A stretch of DNA of 64,000 nt from Entomortierella parvispora E1425 (Eukaryota > Fungi > Mortierellomycota). Within the stretch, counting starts at the first letter, position 1. The number at the start of each line of letters is the position of its first letter. Below are positions 1 through 10,923 of the stretch, in pieces. The position numbers were made by a program, and so were the translations under genes. The stretch spans positions 434,001 through 498,000 of the forward strand of contig BQFW01000005.1 in the NCBI GenBank assembly GCA_020891255.1. Reading direction: 5' to 3'. The notes under the pieces are model-generated. The model was given only the letters and a program-made list of their open reading frames with translations, ran no database searches and was not told where the DNA came from.

Positions 1-182
1 GTCGCATTGTGATGCAGGGCGAAGCTGGAAATTCATGTTGTCTTCAGTCGGCTAGCACTGCCTTTTTTTTTTCTCTCTCTCTCTCTTTATTCCCTCTCTG
101 CAGTTCATCAGTCCATCCTTCTCTCTCACCAAGTCCCTCTTCTCTCCACTTTTTCAAGTGCCTTCTTTCTATGATACACACC

Positions 183-2327
183 ATGCAAGCCGCAGACGCT
201 GCCTCTCTACTGGAAAATTCCAAGGCGGTCCTAAGCAATTGTTGCAACATCCTACTCCTAGGCGAGACACAAGCTGGCAAGAGTACCATTATCCAAGCAA
301 TTTGCCAATATGCCAACCCCGAGCACCAAGTGAAGCGGGAGGCCATCGGTGACGGGTTCAATTCATGCACGAGCCACGTTGATCGTTATCCTATCATCAC
401 CAATCTGCCCTCGTACAAGACGGTTGATAGAAATGAGACGAACTCTCCTTCGGCGGCACACAAGGATCCATCTGTCAGCAGCTTCAAAGACTATGACATG
501 GCACTCAATCAATACCAATGGCCCGACGGTCCTTATGAACTCGAGCTGGATACAGCCGACAAACAACAGACTCGGTTCAACTTGTACGATACTCCAGGTC
601 TCAATGACAGCAATGACAATGATGAGCTTCACGCCGCGAATATCTTTGATGCGGTGAAGAGGGCCGGCAATATCCACTTGGTCCTCATCGTGGTGGGACA
701 AGGACCCTGTAGTCGAGGGTTACAAGACGCCATCCGATGCTATCTCGATATTTTCCCTCAGTTTCAAGATATCATGGCCATTGTGCACACGAAAACCGAC
801 TACAAACTTTTGCATCCTCAGGATCCTACGGGGTTTGCAAAGAACAAGATGGCAAAGACCAAAAGGCTCCATGAGATTATCGGACGCGACAACTTCCCTA
901 ATTTTTGGATCAATTGCGAGCTCCACTGCAGCAAACCGGTTCCCAGATGTATCACCCAGAATACGATCCACGCTATCCTTAGGACCGCCATGATAAACCT
1001 ACCTATTTCGCTGGAGGCGGCCTTGATCCACAAGACGCCGGCAATGATACGCATGGACGGTTTGATTGAAAGTAGATACATGGATCTGTTCAATTCCATG
1101 GAGGACACTCTCCATCACATGGACGAGTATCAAGTCAGTTTGATGACAGATATGATAAAAAAGATGGATGAAATCGCAAAGAACGAGTCCGATCAGAGAA
1201 ATGTCAAGGCCCTCATCAAAGCCCAAGAAACGGACGAAACGGAGCTGATGGACGAGCTCTTGTATACCGATGAGTGGGGGCACTTCCGTTTCAATCTCCC
1301 CGGCACAATAAGTCTGAGGGAGCAGGATTCCAAGATCGACGTGTTGCATGTATTCCATCCTGGATTTATTCTGGAAAACGAAAAGGGGGGCGAAGGTTCA
1401 AGAACGTGGTCTGCTCGATACCAGAGAAGAAGCTTCACAAATGGCGTTTTGCTCGTCCGGTGCTACATCAAAAAGAGGAACAAGTACAAGCAACAGATCA
1501 AGGACTCTAAGGAAAAGTTGCGAGACCTGGAAGAGGAGCACTACCGGTTGCAAGCATCGCGGGAGGAGAAAGCCGGAGCATCTAAAAAGGTTCAGGCGCA
1601 AGTAGACGACCTGATGGAGAAGAACAGCTTATTCACCCGGATTGTAGAGATTATCAGAGAGGACCAAATGAGGCCAGATCTTTTTCGTGCTCTTGCCGAA
1701 GCAGGGGCATACCAAGGTATTAGTCCTGCCGACAATATCCATAAGGTTATGGATATTCTCACTGAGTTCCTTAGCAGGCCAGATATCAGTGCGCCCTTCA
1801 GAGACAATGGCGATGTCGTTCCCCAGACTACCGAAGAAGGACCAAAGTTGAACTATATGGAAGCCGCCAAGTCGGACGTTTGTGATGATGGAGACGCTAT
1901 TTGCGAGGTCATTGGAGATCTTGCCTTGTCATTGCCGGACCCAATCGCTGCTTCGACCTCGAGCGACTGGGTTGACGAAGATGTTGGTCATCAGGTTGCC
2001 ACTACCACGATTTCCACCATTACTGAAACCTCCAACACTTCCAACGCGACATTGTGCGACGAGAGCCTCGACGCTGTGGCCTACCAAGTCGCCACCCTTT
2101 CAGAGCACTCTCCTGATAGGATGCAGGTCAAGACGTTGGGTGAAGAAGACAGTGACGACGCGTCTTTCATTCCCAAGGTTGTTGATCCCACTGCCGACAC
2201 ACCACGCGATCCCACTCTTGACAAGAACAACGATAAGTTCGCCCACAATACTGTTGTCGTTCTCGCCACCGATGGACCACACACCAGTTCAGCTATTTCC
2301 AACGATGATGACGATATGGTGTTTTGA
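183..2327 (+). CDS. P-loop GTPase-like protein (AIG1/septin/MMR1-like N-terminal G domain, central coiled coil, acidic disordered tail)
   Basis: Single long ORF (9..2327); likely start ATG 183 (or 168) after a CT-rich leader. Motifs: G1 GETQAGKS, G3 DTPG, G4-like TKTD. Heptad-rich segment KYKQQIKDSKEKLRDLEEEHYRLQ and a D/S/T-rich C-terminus. Confidence 0.75.
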   Translation: MQAADAASLLENSKAVLSNCCNILLLGETQAGKSTIIQAICQYANPEHQVKREAIGDGFNSCTSHVDRYPIITNLPSYKTVDRNETNSPSAAHKDPSVSSFKDYDMALNQYQWPDGPYELELDTADKQQTRFNLYDTPGLNDSNDNDELHAANIFDAVKRAGNIHLVLIVVGQGPCSRGLQDAIRCYLDIFPQFQDIMAIVHTKTDYKLLHPQDPTGFAKNKMAKTKRLHEIIGRDNFPNFWINCELHCSKPVPRCITQNTIHAILRTAMINLPISLEAALIHKTPAMIRMDGLIESRYMDLFNSMEDTLHHMDEYQVSLMTDMIKKMDEIAKNESDQRNVKALIKAQETDETELMDELLYTDEWGHFRFNLPGTISLREQDSKIDVLHVFHPGFILENEKGGEGSRTWSARYQRRSFTNGVLLVRCYIKKRNKYKQQIKDSKEKLRDLEEEHYRLQASREEKAGASKKVQAQVDDLMEKNSLFTRIVEIIREDQMRPDLFRALAEAGAYQGISPADNIHKVMDILTEFLSRPDISAPFRDNGDVVPQTTEEGPKLNYMEAAKSDVCDDGDAICEVIGDLALSLPDPIAASTSSDWVDEDVGHQVATTTISTITETSNTSNATLCDESLDAVAYQVATLSEHSPDRMQVKTLGEEDSDDASFIPKVVDPTADTPRDPTLDKNNDKFAHNTVVVLATDGPHTSSAISNDDDDMVF

Positions 2328-2448
2328 ATGTTTTTACAGTAGACCTATAAAGAATGAACAGTATTTGAGGACCCCTTCCACATGTACCATGTACTGTACA
2401 GCAGTTCGTCTCGCGTTGCTGTGCAACACATCTCGCTCCTTTTCTTTC

Positions 2449-2498
2449 TTTTTGTTTTGCTTTGTTTGTTTTGTTTGCTTTGCTTTGCTTTGCTTTGC
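2449..2498. repeat. (TTTG)n/(TTTGC)n microsatellite
   Basis: ttttgttttgctttgtttgttttgtttgctttgctttgctttgctttgcc, downstream of the ORF1 stop. Confidence 0.85.
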
Positions 2499-2867
2499 CT
2501 TCGACGCTGGGCAAAGTTAGGAGTGAACTTGGAGTCCGGCCGGCATTGTCGATAACCATGATATCCAGAAATGGTGATAGAGTTTTGGCGGGTATTAACA
2601 ATGATGCACACACGAAACAAAAGTCCATGGTTAATACCGATGACATGTACTTCTGAACCCGATGGCATTATGGTTTATTGAATAAAAACAAAGGATGTCC
2701 GACATCCCGTATGTCTCTGATGAGTATGCTAAAAGTGCTCAGCATGCCTGCTTGTCCCATCCGGTCAACACAAGGGTGTGCCGGATCTCGAGCTGTAATA
2801 TAGATGGCGGTCGATTGACACGTTCCTTAGAGACGACGTACTTTTCACATATAGGTACTCTCCGTTT

Positions 2868-4078
2868 CTATGCCACTGATGATACGACAAACGTCCACTC
2901 ATCTCCTGCCTGTTTCAATGTCGCTTTCTTGTGTGTCACAACAGCTTTGGCGCCATCCTTGCGGTCTTCCAATCCGGCAATAGTATCGTCCATGAATGCC
3001 ACGACCCATTCCTGGATACTCGTAGTCAAACTCTCCTTTTTGGCCTTTGCAGGCTTTGATGTTCCATAGCCCAAACCATGGTCTGCATCCTGAACCTGAA
3101 CAACCTCCCGAGGCGATGACTTCATGTCCTTGAAGACCTTTTCAAAAATCTTGGGTTGGCACATGGTATCCTTGAGTCCCGAGATGAACAGTGTCGAGGT
3201 CCGTGCTGGAATGTCGTACAGAATCTGATCCCGGAGCGATTTGGTATTGTCGGCCGTGTGCAATGGGTAAGAGAGGAGAACGAGTCCAGGGATAAAGTCC
3301 GGTGAGTAATCGGAAGATGCGGTGGGAGAGGTATCCTCAGATGAAGCAGATGCAGACGCGGCTGATTTCTTTCCTTTGGCGGTTGACTTCTTGGCGGCTG
3401 GCGCTTTTGATTCTCCTCTGCTGATCTGATGAGCCAGTGTTCCTGCGACTATAATGTTTTTTTTTGTCAGTTTTTTTTTAGGGCAAATTTAAGAGAGAAA
3501 AATAGCAAGGTTTCCCATACCTCTGGATCCCATTGAGTGACCTCCCAAGAAACAACCTTGCAATGGATGGAGTCCTGTTTTGGGGTGAAAGAGATGGTCC
3601 ATCACCCTCCTGCATCCAGACACACGAAAGGCTAAAGGAAGAGATATCGAGGTTAGGATATGTGTGACAGCTTGAGAAATGCAGCTCAAAACGTAGCGAC
3701 TTCCATGGAAAGAGACTCACGTAGATTTGGGACTGTAAGGCGGTATCGTGCACAAAAATGACCCTGCTTTGCAATCTCAGTCGCCAAGGCATTCAAGAGC
3801 GGCGTTTTCTCATCACCACCTATTCAAAGAGTATACGGCTTGTAAGTACGGGGTTCACGATAGCGGTGAGAGATCAAGAGGTTGACCCGCAATGAGAAGA
3901 CAAGGAGAGAGTGTAGCGGAGCCGAGAATGGTGGGCTGTTTATGGTACCTGCTCCCGGACCAAGGATGATGCCAAAGCCCGAGTGCTTGACGCCCTTGGG
4001 TGGACTTGTGAGCGTGACAGGAATCGCGGTCTTGCTAGGATTAGGCACGCTGATGGATTCCTCTGTTGGATTGGACAT
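2868..4078 (-). CDS. Tex30/KANSL3-like alpha/beta hydrolase (4 exons)
   Basis: Splicing at GT-AG sites joins MSNPTEE...IILGPGAG / GDEKTPLLNALATEIAKQGHFCARYR / ...FLGGHSMGSR / ...GLVLLSYPLH...LFISGLKDTMC...DADHGL. Nucleophile elbow GHSMG, acidic residue in GxxD and His in DADH. Confidence 0.8.
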
Positions 4079-4806
4079 GGGTGAAGACTGTTTAGGCTGA
4101 ATGAATGAAAGTGAAGAGAAACAAAGACTGGAAGAATGGAAGGATGAACCTGAAAGAATGGGACAAAAGGCGGTCAAAAGGGATTGTGAGAATGGGCGAA
4201 AGAACGCGTTTTTGGAGGGAATCATGGAAGGGAAGTTCACTTGACCCTCTCTTGCTCATTCTCCTTTTTTGTACGACCGCCTTCTTGTTTGTCCGGGTGC
4301 ACATTTGCATCCCTTCCTCTCTCATCCCTTTTGTCTCATTTCTCATTCCGTTCCTCTTTCCCTTTTCACCTCTCCTCCATGTCATTCAGGTAACCACGAA
4401 GCGTTTCGACCAACTGCCATAGAGTGTAAGCGAAGAGACCTGTTTTTTTCTTGGATAAAATATCAGTCGAGGATCAATTGGCCCTGCAACTTTGTCAGGC
4501 ATCAGGCACATCAAACCCGCTCCCGCCGGAGAGAAGAATCAACAAGAATCGTCTCTTGATTTGATCCGCAAGGATACCATTGCAGAATACAAACGAGATG
4601 ACAATAAAGAACGGCTACAAGCTGAATGTTCAAAAAAATGATAAAGGGAACGTACCATGAGAAGCTTTTTATTAGGGGTCAAAAATACGTGAATGGTATA
4701 AGATGAAATGCAGATAGATGATAAGATGCAAAGGAAATGTCATTTCGAGAAAATGAGTGGAGAGAAAGGAAGAAGGGGGAAGTGGGGAGGGAGTGAAGAG
4801 TTGACT

Positions 4807-7419
4807 CTAAACGTTGTTCAAAGCCTTCTCGGCTGCCTTTTGGCGCCATGACTTTGCCTTCACGACCATCAAAATGAGCAAACCGGTTCCAGCAACGGTG
4901 ATCAAGGCCCACATCGTATAGAGCCATCCACTGCCCATGTCATTCAACAGGGGAACGGCAATGAATCCACCAATGGAACCAGTAATACCTCTACCAAAAC
5001 TGTTGCAAGCCACAGCTGATGTGGCCATGTTGTTATCCGAATTGGCATCGACCAGCGCAGTTGTCGTACTTGCGAGGACCATGGTCATACCAAAACCGAC
5101 TATAATTCAAAAAAAAAAAAAAAAAGAAAAGAAAAAAAGAGTAGAGGCATCATTAGCAAGGGCATTGGATACCTTGGATACATATACAACAAGTCCAAGA
5201 ACAGGCATGCTAACATAAAAAAAAAACTTACCACAAGCCATTCCAATCAAAGGTACCACAAGCGACATATTTTTCTGAACAGACCAACCAAAGAGCAGGA
5301 GCCCCAGTGGCAGGATTATAACGCCCAACCAGACACTTCGCAAACGAATCTCTGGAGGAGCACGCATGGAGATATCCACATCTGCGGCCGCGTCCTTCTC
5401 ATTGACATCGGCATCTTCAACCTGGTCACCAAAAGCAATGGACCTCTCGCGTTCCTCGCGCTTTTGCTTCACCGCTTGCTTGATCAACCACTTACGCATC
5501 ACATAGTCCGAGTACCGACCTCCGATCAGCGATCCCATGGCCGAGCCGAATCCTCCAGCACAGAAACAATAACCGACTTTCTCCACAGATAAGTGGTAGT
5601 TGGGCGTAAATGTGAGTGGCACAGTGTTGTTCATACAGAACTGAGCACCCAAGGCCAGGCCGTTGAAGGCGACCAAGATGGCATTAGTTGGTTCGCGAAG
5701 ACAGAGCAAAGGGCGGAGCGGGTTGAATGTCTTGCGCTTGGGCTCCGCCGAGTCCGTAGCGACGACAACGTTGTCCTCAGTGTCAGGGAAGGCAACGTGA
5801 CGTTCACTGGCAGGCAGATTCGGTCCGACGGCGGCGTGAACAGTGTCTTGGCTATTGGCAGATTCTGCCCCTGCAGAGGACGAGAACTTCTCTTCCTGAT
5901 CCCTGTCCAAAAAGGTAGGGATCATGTTGGGAACCATGAATTCTTTGGCACTCTCGATATGGGTTCCAGTTTGGTTCGACATGTTGTCGCTAGTCATGCT
6001 TTCCACGGATTCTTTCTCGGTAACAGGGGCATTGGCGGCCGAAGAAGAAGAGGATGTGGAGCTCGTGGAGCCATCGCGATGGTTATGAAGAGACGATCGA
6101 CTGGGAACCAAAGTGGGATCAGAGTGCGTTGAGTAAACGTTTGAGCGCGAATGGACCTTTTCGTCTTCAGCGTCCTCAGTTGAAGGAGCAGGGTAGTCAA
6201 TGTTATGGCGATAGGTTTCAGGGAGAACAAATAAGACCAACAAGAATGCAACCACAGCTGTTCCCAAGAGGAGCCACATGGTCGAGCGCCATCCAGCATG
6301 GTTCGAGATAATACCACCAATGATTGGACCGACCATAGGTGCAATCAGAGGTCCGACATAGAACAGCCCAAACGCCGCTCCACGTTCACCACTGTGAAAG
6401 ATATCGCTCAAAGATCCACCGCCGACGGACATGACTGAGCTAGAGCCCCAAGCTTGGATTGCTCGCATGACCAAGAAAACCCAAAAGTTTTTTGCGATGG
6501 CTGCAAGCAAGGAGCCGATAATGAAGATAAACATGGAGGCAAGGTAGATAGGACGACGACCATAGAAATCGCAGAGCGACGCCCAGAACACTGGCTAGGG
6601 ATGGTAATAACACGAAGTCAGCAAACGAATCAGGGATTCAAACGATGATGAATTGTTCGTGTTAACATGGTTGTTACCATAATACCCATGAAGAGGACAT
6701 AAACCGATACTGAATGTGCATAGCAGTTCAAATGAGGATGAGAGTAATCGTTGGTTAGAAGACGATCGTCGCTGGTGCGAGCCCGAAACACGGTTGGTGT
6801 TGTGCAAGACTAAGGTGATGCGGGGAATGGGTTAAGCGAGACTAATAAAGAGAGGACAGGGCGGAGCACGAACAGACGGCAGGCTGTCGGCGGGCACAGG
6901 GGGGCGGGGACCAAGGAGGGTAGTGAAGATGCGGCATGGATGCACGATAATCATTCATCTCGCCCTCGAAAGGAGAGGAGAGGCATTGCGTCTGTAAACA
7001 AACGCTCCCAGGAGAAGAACCCCCCACGGAAGGTAATTTGCCGGGAATGCTTATTTGGGCTGCAGGGGAGCGACCTGTGAGAGGAGAGAGCAATCTCCAC
7101 CCAAACGGATCCGAGTGAAATGAAAAAAAGGGGAGGGGCCAACAGTCTACCAGTCCACTGCAACAGAGCAAGATCAAAGGCAACAAACGGTTCAAACCAG
7201 CAACGTACGGGATGCACTGACTCTGGACTCGGTTGTGTTCAGGTCCTCCTTGACCTGCAGGACCGCTGGCATGTAGATACTTGAGGCCAGAGGGGCCACA
7301 AACGCGCAGTAGGCGATGGTGAAAACGACAATGTTCTTTTTACTCCGTGGCCACTCCCGGGGATCGTCCGTCTTGGGTGCTGGATGGACCAGTTCCTTGA
7401 GGTATGAAGCGACCGTCAT
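4807..7419 (-). CDS. MFS multidrug transporter, DHA1 (drug:H+ antiporter) type, 4 exons
   Basis: Exon 1 DDPREWPRSKK...SSIYMPA; short exon near 6680-6711 (LSVYVLFMGIM); exon 3 carries motif A (SLCDFYGRRP) and GGGSLSDIFHSGERGAAFG, WRSTMW, with a long S/E-rich central loop; last exon 4807-5100. Confidence 0.9.
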
Positions 7420-8783
7420 CTGGTATTAGTGGCAACTTGGAAATGATGAAATCAGTGAGCTTGCTTGAAGATAAGGACGAACGACTGGTTCGTCGGAATG
7501 AAGGAATGAATGAATGAAAGTGAGTGTGAGAGAATGACAGAGGTGGAGGTGGAATGCACGGGATCTTAGAAGTGAAATAAAAAAAGTGAGCCGGCTCGCT
7601 TGGGCTTTGGGGAGAAAGTGAAGCTGGAAGCTTGAAAGCAAAGGTGAAGAGGCGAAGGGGAAGAAAATGTGGTCAAGGCAACGCAACGGGGAAACGAGGG
7701 AGTTATATACAGGAACAAGGGAGCCATACCAAAGTGGCAGATACGTTGACGGCAGGTCTATCGAGTCAACAGAAAGAGTTTTTCTTGCTTGTCATGTTGA
7801 TGTCCCGAGGGGTAGAGAAGACGAGCCTAAAGGGAAAACTGCCCTTGGATCAGCCGATTCGACAAAAGGTCCGGCGGGCGTGGAGCGGAGCTCTTCGATT
7901 GATTCTTGCTCATTCATACCACCGCCTTGCATTGCATGTCATTTCTGCCTCTGCCTGTGTTCACTGTTCACGGTCGAGAGAGCAGGCCAGGGGAAGGGTA
8001 TGCTCAATTGGTGACGAGATGAGATGAAAGTGTGTGTGGTCAAGATGAGGGTATGGAGGGGGAGGACCCTTCACCAACCGACCCTCGGACACCCTCCTTT
8101 TGGCGAAAAGTGCACAGTCGCCGACGTTTATGGTGTGTTGTGAGTCTTTGTATTCTGGGGGTATCGGCAACATGTATAACCTAAATTCATTGACTCACTG
8201 CCGTGGCGTGGGGTAGTTATGCAAACGATGTTGGTGCGGACGAGGGAAATGTTCAACAGACTTGTGGCGTGAGAACACTGAGCACCTTCTTTCTTTTCGT
8301 CCTCTTCTCTCGCCCTCATTCAAGATCCTAGAGAAAGGTGAAGCGTATGAGGAAAGGATGAGAAGGAAAGAGGCAAGTGGGATGTGACCGTGATGCAGTA
8401 GTACGCCGACCATGAGGTGAAAGTGTCCAATGCAAGTGTCTCTTCATGTCTCTCTTGTTACACGGACGTCGAACCCCGGGAGCCCTTTCCTCCTTTTATT
8501 CTTCAGGACGAACCTATATAGGTGTAGAGTTGTTATGACCATGCCATGATGTCCTCCTGGACAGTTCTGTCGGAGACAGGTAGGGCCACTATCGGCGTTA
8601 GACTTTGGATCGCCGAAAAAAAGACCAAAAAACAAGGGTAATCTAATTTACACAGCATGCTGGTCCGGGAATGATTCTTGCGGGCAGTTGACAGCCCTGG
8701 TTACACCCTTAATTTATGTTGCAAACACTGGCCGCCACCAATTTTCAATTTCTTTTTTTTTCCTTCTGCATTGCATTTGCAAC

Positions 8784-10433
8784 ATGGAGAATCACCCTGT
8801 CATCTGTCAGCACTCGATCTGGGGATCCAAACAGCAGCGCTTTCGTCATTGCAAGCTCCCCGCCAAGCTCGAGCCGGCATTAGTCAACCAGATCAAGCAA
8901 CTAGAGCAGTCTGCTTTCACCCTCGCCCCTTCAGACCTCACTGAAGACGAACGCAAGAGCCGCGTGGATCTAGTTTTGGAGCAACGGGCAGAGATACTCA
9001 AGCCTCTATTAGACCTTGGCAAGGTTCTCTGTGGGCACCATCAGAAGGAGGCACAGGCAAAGCAATCAAAGGAAGATCAGATCGAGAAGGAGAAGGCAGC
9101 TGGAACCTATGTGGACCCAGAAGAACTGAAGCGGCTTGCCAAAGACCCGCCCGTCGATCCGAATGACATTCCAAAAGATTTTTTAGAGGCTGTCAACCGA
9201 ATCTATACACAGGAGCCATCTCTACTGCTGAAGAGTGTGCTGGATCAATTCGATGGACCAGAAGATTGGAAAAGAGGCAATGCCGGGCCGAAATCGTCGC
9301 ATGAGGAGGTGAATGGCAAGGAAGGCGAACCAGAATTTCCCTGTCATAGGTCCTACGACAAGCTGTTCTCAGATGCAGGCGCCAAAAAGAAAAGACATCT
9401 GGCTCAAGAGTCTCAGCTGATCGAACTTATGGAGGCGAGAGGGGTATTCGACCCTGTCCTTGGAACAAAAGGAAATCTGACTGACGGGAGCAAGAGCAAG
9501 CGACCCGTCTTTGTTGAGTTTGGCGCAGGAACCGGTGGTCTCTCTCGGCACGTCCAGCTCGCTCTGGAAAATATTGTCATAGAGAGAGCCGACCCAGAAT
9601 CTGACACGGACAGTTCGCTGGAGCCTTTCAATTTTGTGCTTCTGGACCGTCAAAAGTTCCGATCCCGCAACCAAGTCGACTACATGATCAGGACACAGGC
9701 TCGACCAGTTAAGCCCCGTGTCTTGCGCATCACTATGGATGTTCGAGATCTCAAGCTGCAGCACCTACAGCTCATCCACGAAACTCTGCCAGGAATCGCA
9801 TGGCCGGAATGGGCTGAAGGGGGTGGTCAGGTCAAACCACAGGAAGGCTCGATTAGGGTACCAACGCAGTACATTTGCATTTCCAAGCATTTCTGCGGAT
9901 CGGCGACTGATCTGGCATTGGGATGGATGCGGGAGCAACACCAGCAGGAGCTCTCTCGTCCAAAGCCTCAGGATTCATATTCAATCTGTTTTGCGACCTG
10001 CTGTCATGGTATCTGCGACCCATCACTATTGGTGGCCAAACCTTACTTGAGAGAGCTTTTGAATTCAGAGGCGGGCAAAAAAAGAAAGCGCGAGGACAGT
10101 GTGGGAACCGAGGGTCCAACAACAAAGCCTAATGTATCTGATGAGCAATTGGACATATGGGTCCCTTGGATCATCAAGCTGACTGGATGGGCAACGCTAG
10201 GAAAGCAGGAGGAGAGCAGTTTGGTCGCCAGACCGGGGAAGGACGCGACTACAACGACCCAGGACTCGGCTATGTCTCGAGACCAGCGACGGATACTGGG
10301 CAAGAGGTGTAAAAAGCTTCTTGATATGGCGCGCTGCCTTTATCTTGTACGCGAATGTGGATTCAAGCAGGCCCATTCGGTTGAGTATACCAGCGAGAGT
10401 GTTGAAAGCGGCGCCATCATTGGAGTAATGTAG
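8784..10433 (+). CDS. TRM13: tRNA:m4X (2'-O-ribose, position 4) methyltransferase Trm13
   Basis: Intronless ORF with FVEFGAGTGGLS (SAM-binding), FVLLDR, ISKHFCGSATDLAL, ATCCHGIC and C-terminal GKRCKKLLDMARCLYL. Start taken as ATG 8784 (MENHPVIC). Confidence 0.85.
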   Translation: MENHPVICQHSIWGSKQQRFRHCKLPAKLEPALVNQIKQLEQSAFTLAPSDLTEDERKSRVDLVLEQRAEILKPLLDLGKVLCGHHQKEAQAKQSKEDQIEKEKAAGTYVDPEELKRLAKDPPVDPNDIPKDFLEAVNRIYTQEPSLLLKSVLDQFDGPEDWKRGNAGPKSSHEEVNGKEGEPEFPCHRSYDKLFSDAGAKKKRHLAQESQLIELMEARGVFDPVLGTKGNLTDGSKSKRPVFVEFGAGTGGLSRHVQLALENIVIERADPESDTDSSLEPFNFVLLDRQKFRSRNQVDYMIRTQARPVKPRVLRITMDVRDLKLQHLQLIHETLPGIAWPEWAEGGGQVKPQEGSIRVPTQYICISKHFCGSATDLALGWMREQHQQELSRPKPQDSYSICFATCCHGICDPSLLVAKPYLRELLNSEAGKKRKREDSVGTEGPTTKPNVSDEQLDIWVPWIIKLTGWATLGKQEESSLVARPGKDATTTTQDSAMSRDQRRILGKRCKKLLDMARCLYLVRECGFKQAHSVEYTSESVESGAIIGVM

Positions 10434-10923
10434 ATTATTTGTAGGATACCAATACAACCTTTACATAATTCTGACCAGTTTTCTAACATGGAATCGGGCA
10501 AGGACAATCTCGGGGAAGAGAGCTTTTTTTTTATCTGCTGCGCTCAGCCATTCGGCAGCGGTACCCGAAAGAAGAGAACCACTTCTTTCTGCCATTCAGT
10601 CCTAACGAAGGATAAATAAGATACAATTCAGGGTCTGGTGGGCGTCCATGCCTGTAATTGTAGTGAGGCGCAGTCTCGCTGTTGCAGCTGACGAAGCCAA
10701 GGAATGTGACAATCGGAAGTGAACCTCGAATTGGAGACTCTGTGCGTGTGGACAAACTGACGGGTGGCCAGAAAAGACGCCGCATTGAATCGCTTTGGCC
10801 AAGTTGCTCAAAGATTATCCGCCAGCAAGAAAAAAAAAAAAAAAAAAGGGCCAGACGCTCTCATCCCTCTTTTACTTCTTTCATTCCATCAACCTTTTTC
10901 ACATCATCTATCCTTCATCCACC

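Noticed and set aside
9-182. N-terminal extension of ORF1 (alternative start at 9), and the extension of 56884..57312 on the PD-(D/E)XK-like ORF
   Set aside because: Both translate promoter or low-complexity sequence, and downstream ATGs give more plausible starts.
5593-6132. Plus-strand 179-aa ORF, and similar ORFs at 43268-43852, 33014-33511, 16776-17270 and 60004-60525
   Set aside because: These are antisense or alternate-frame shadows of well-supported genes.
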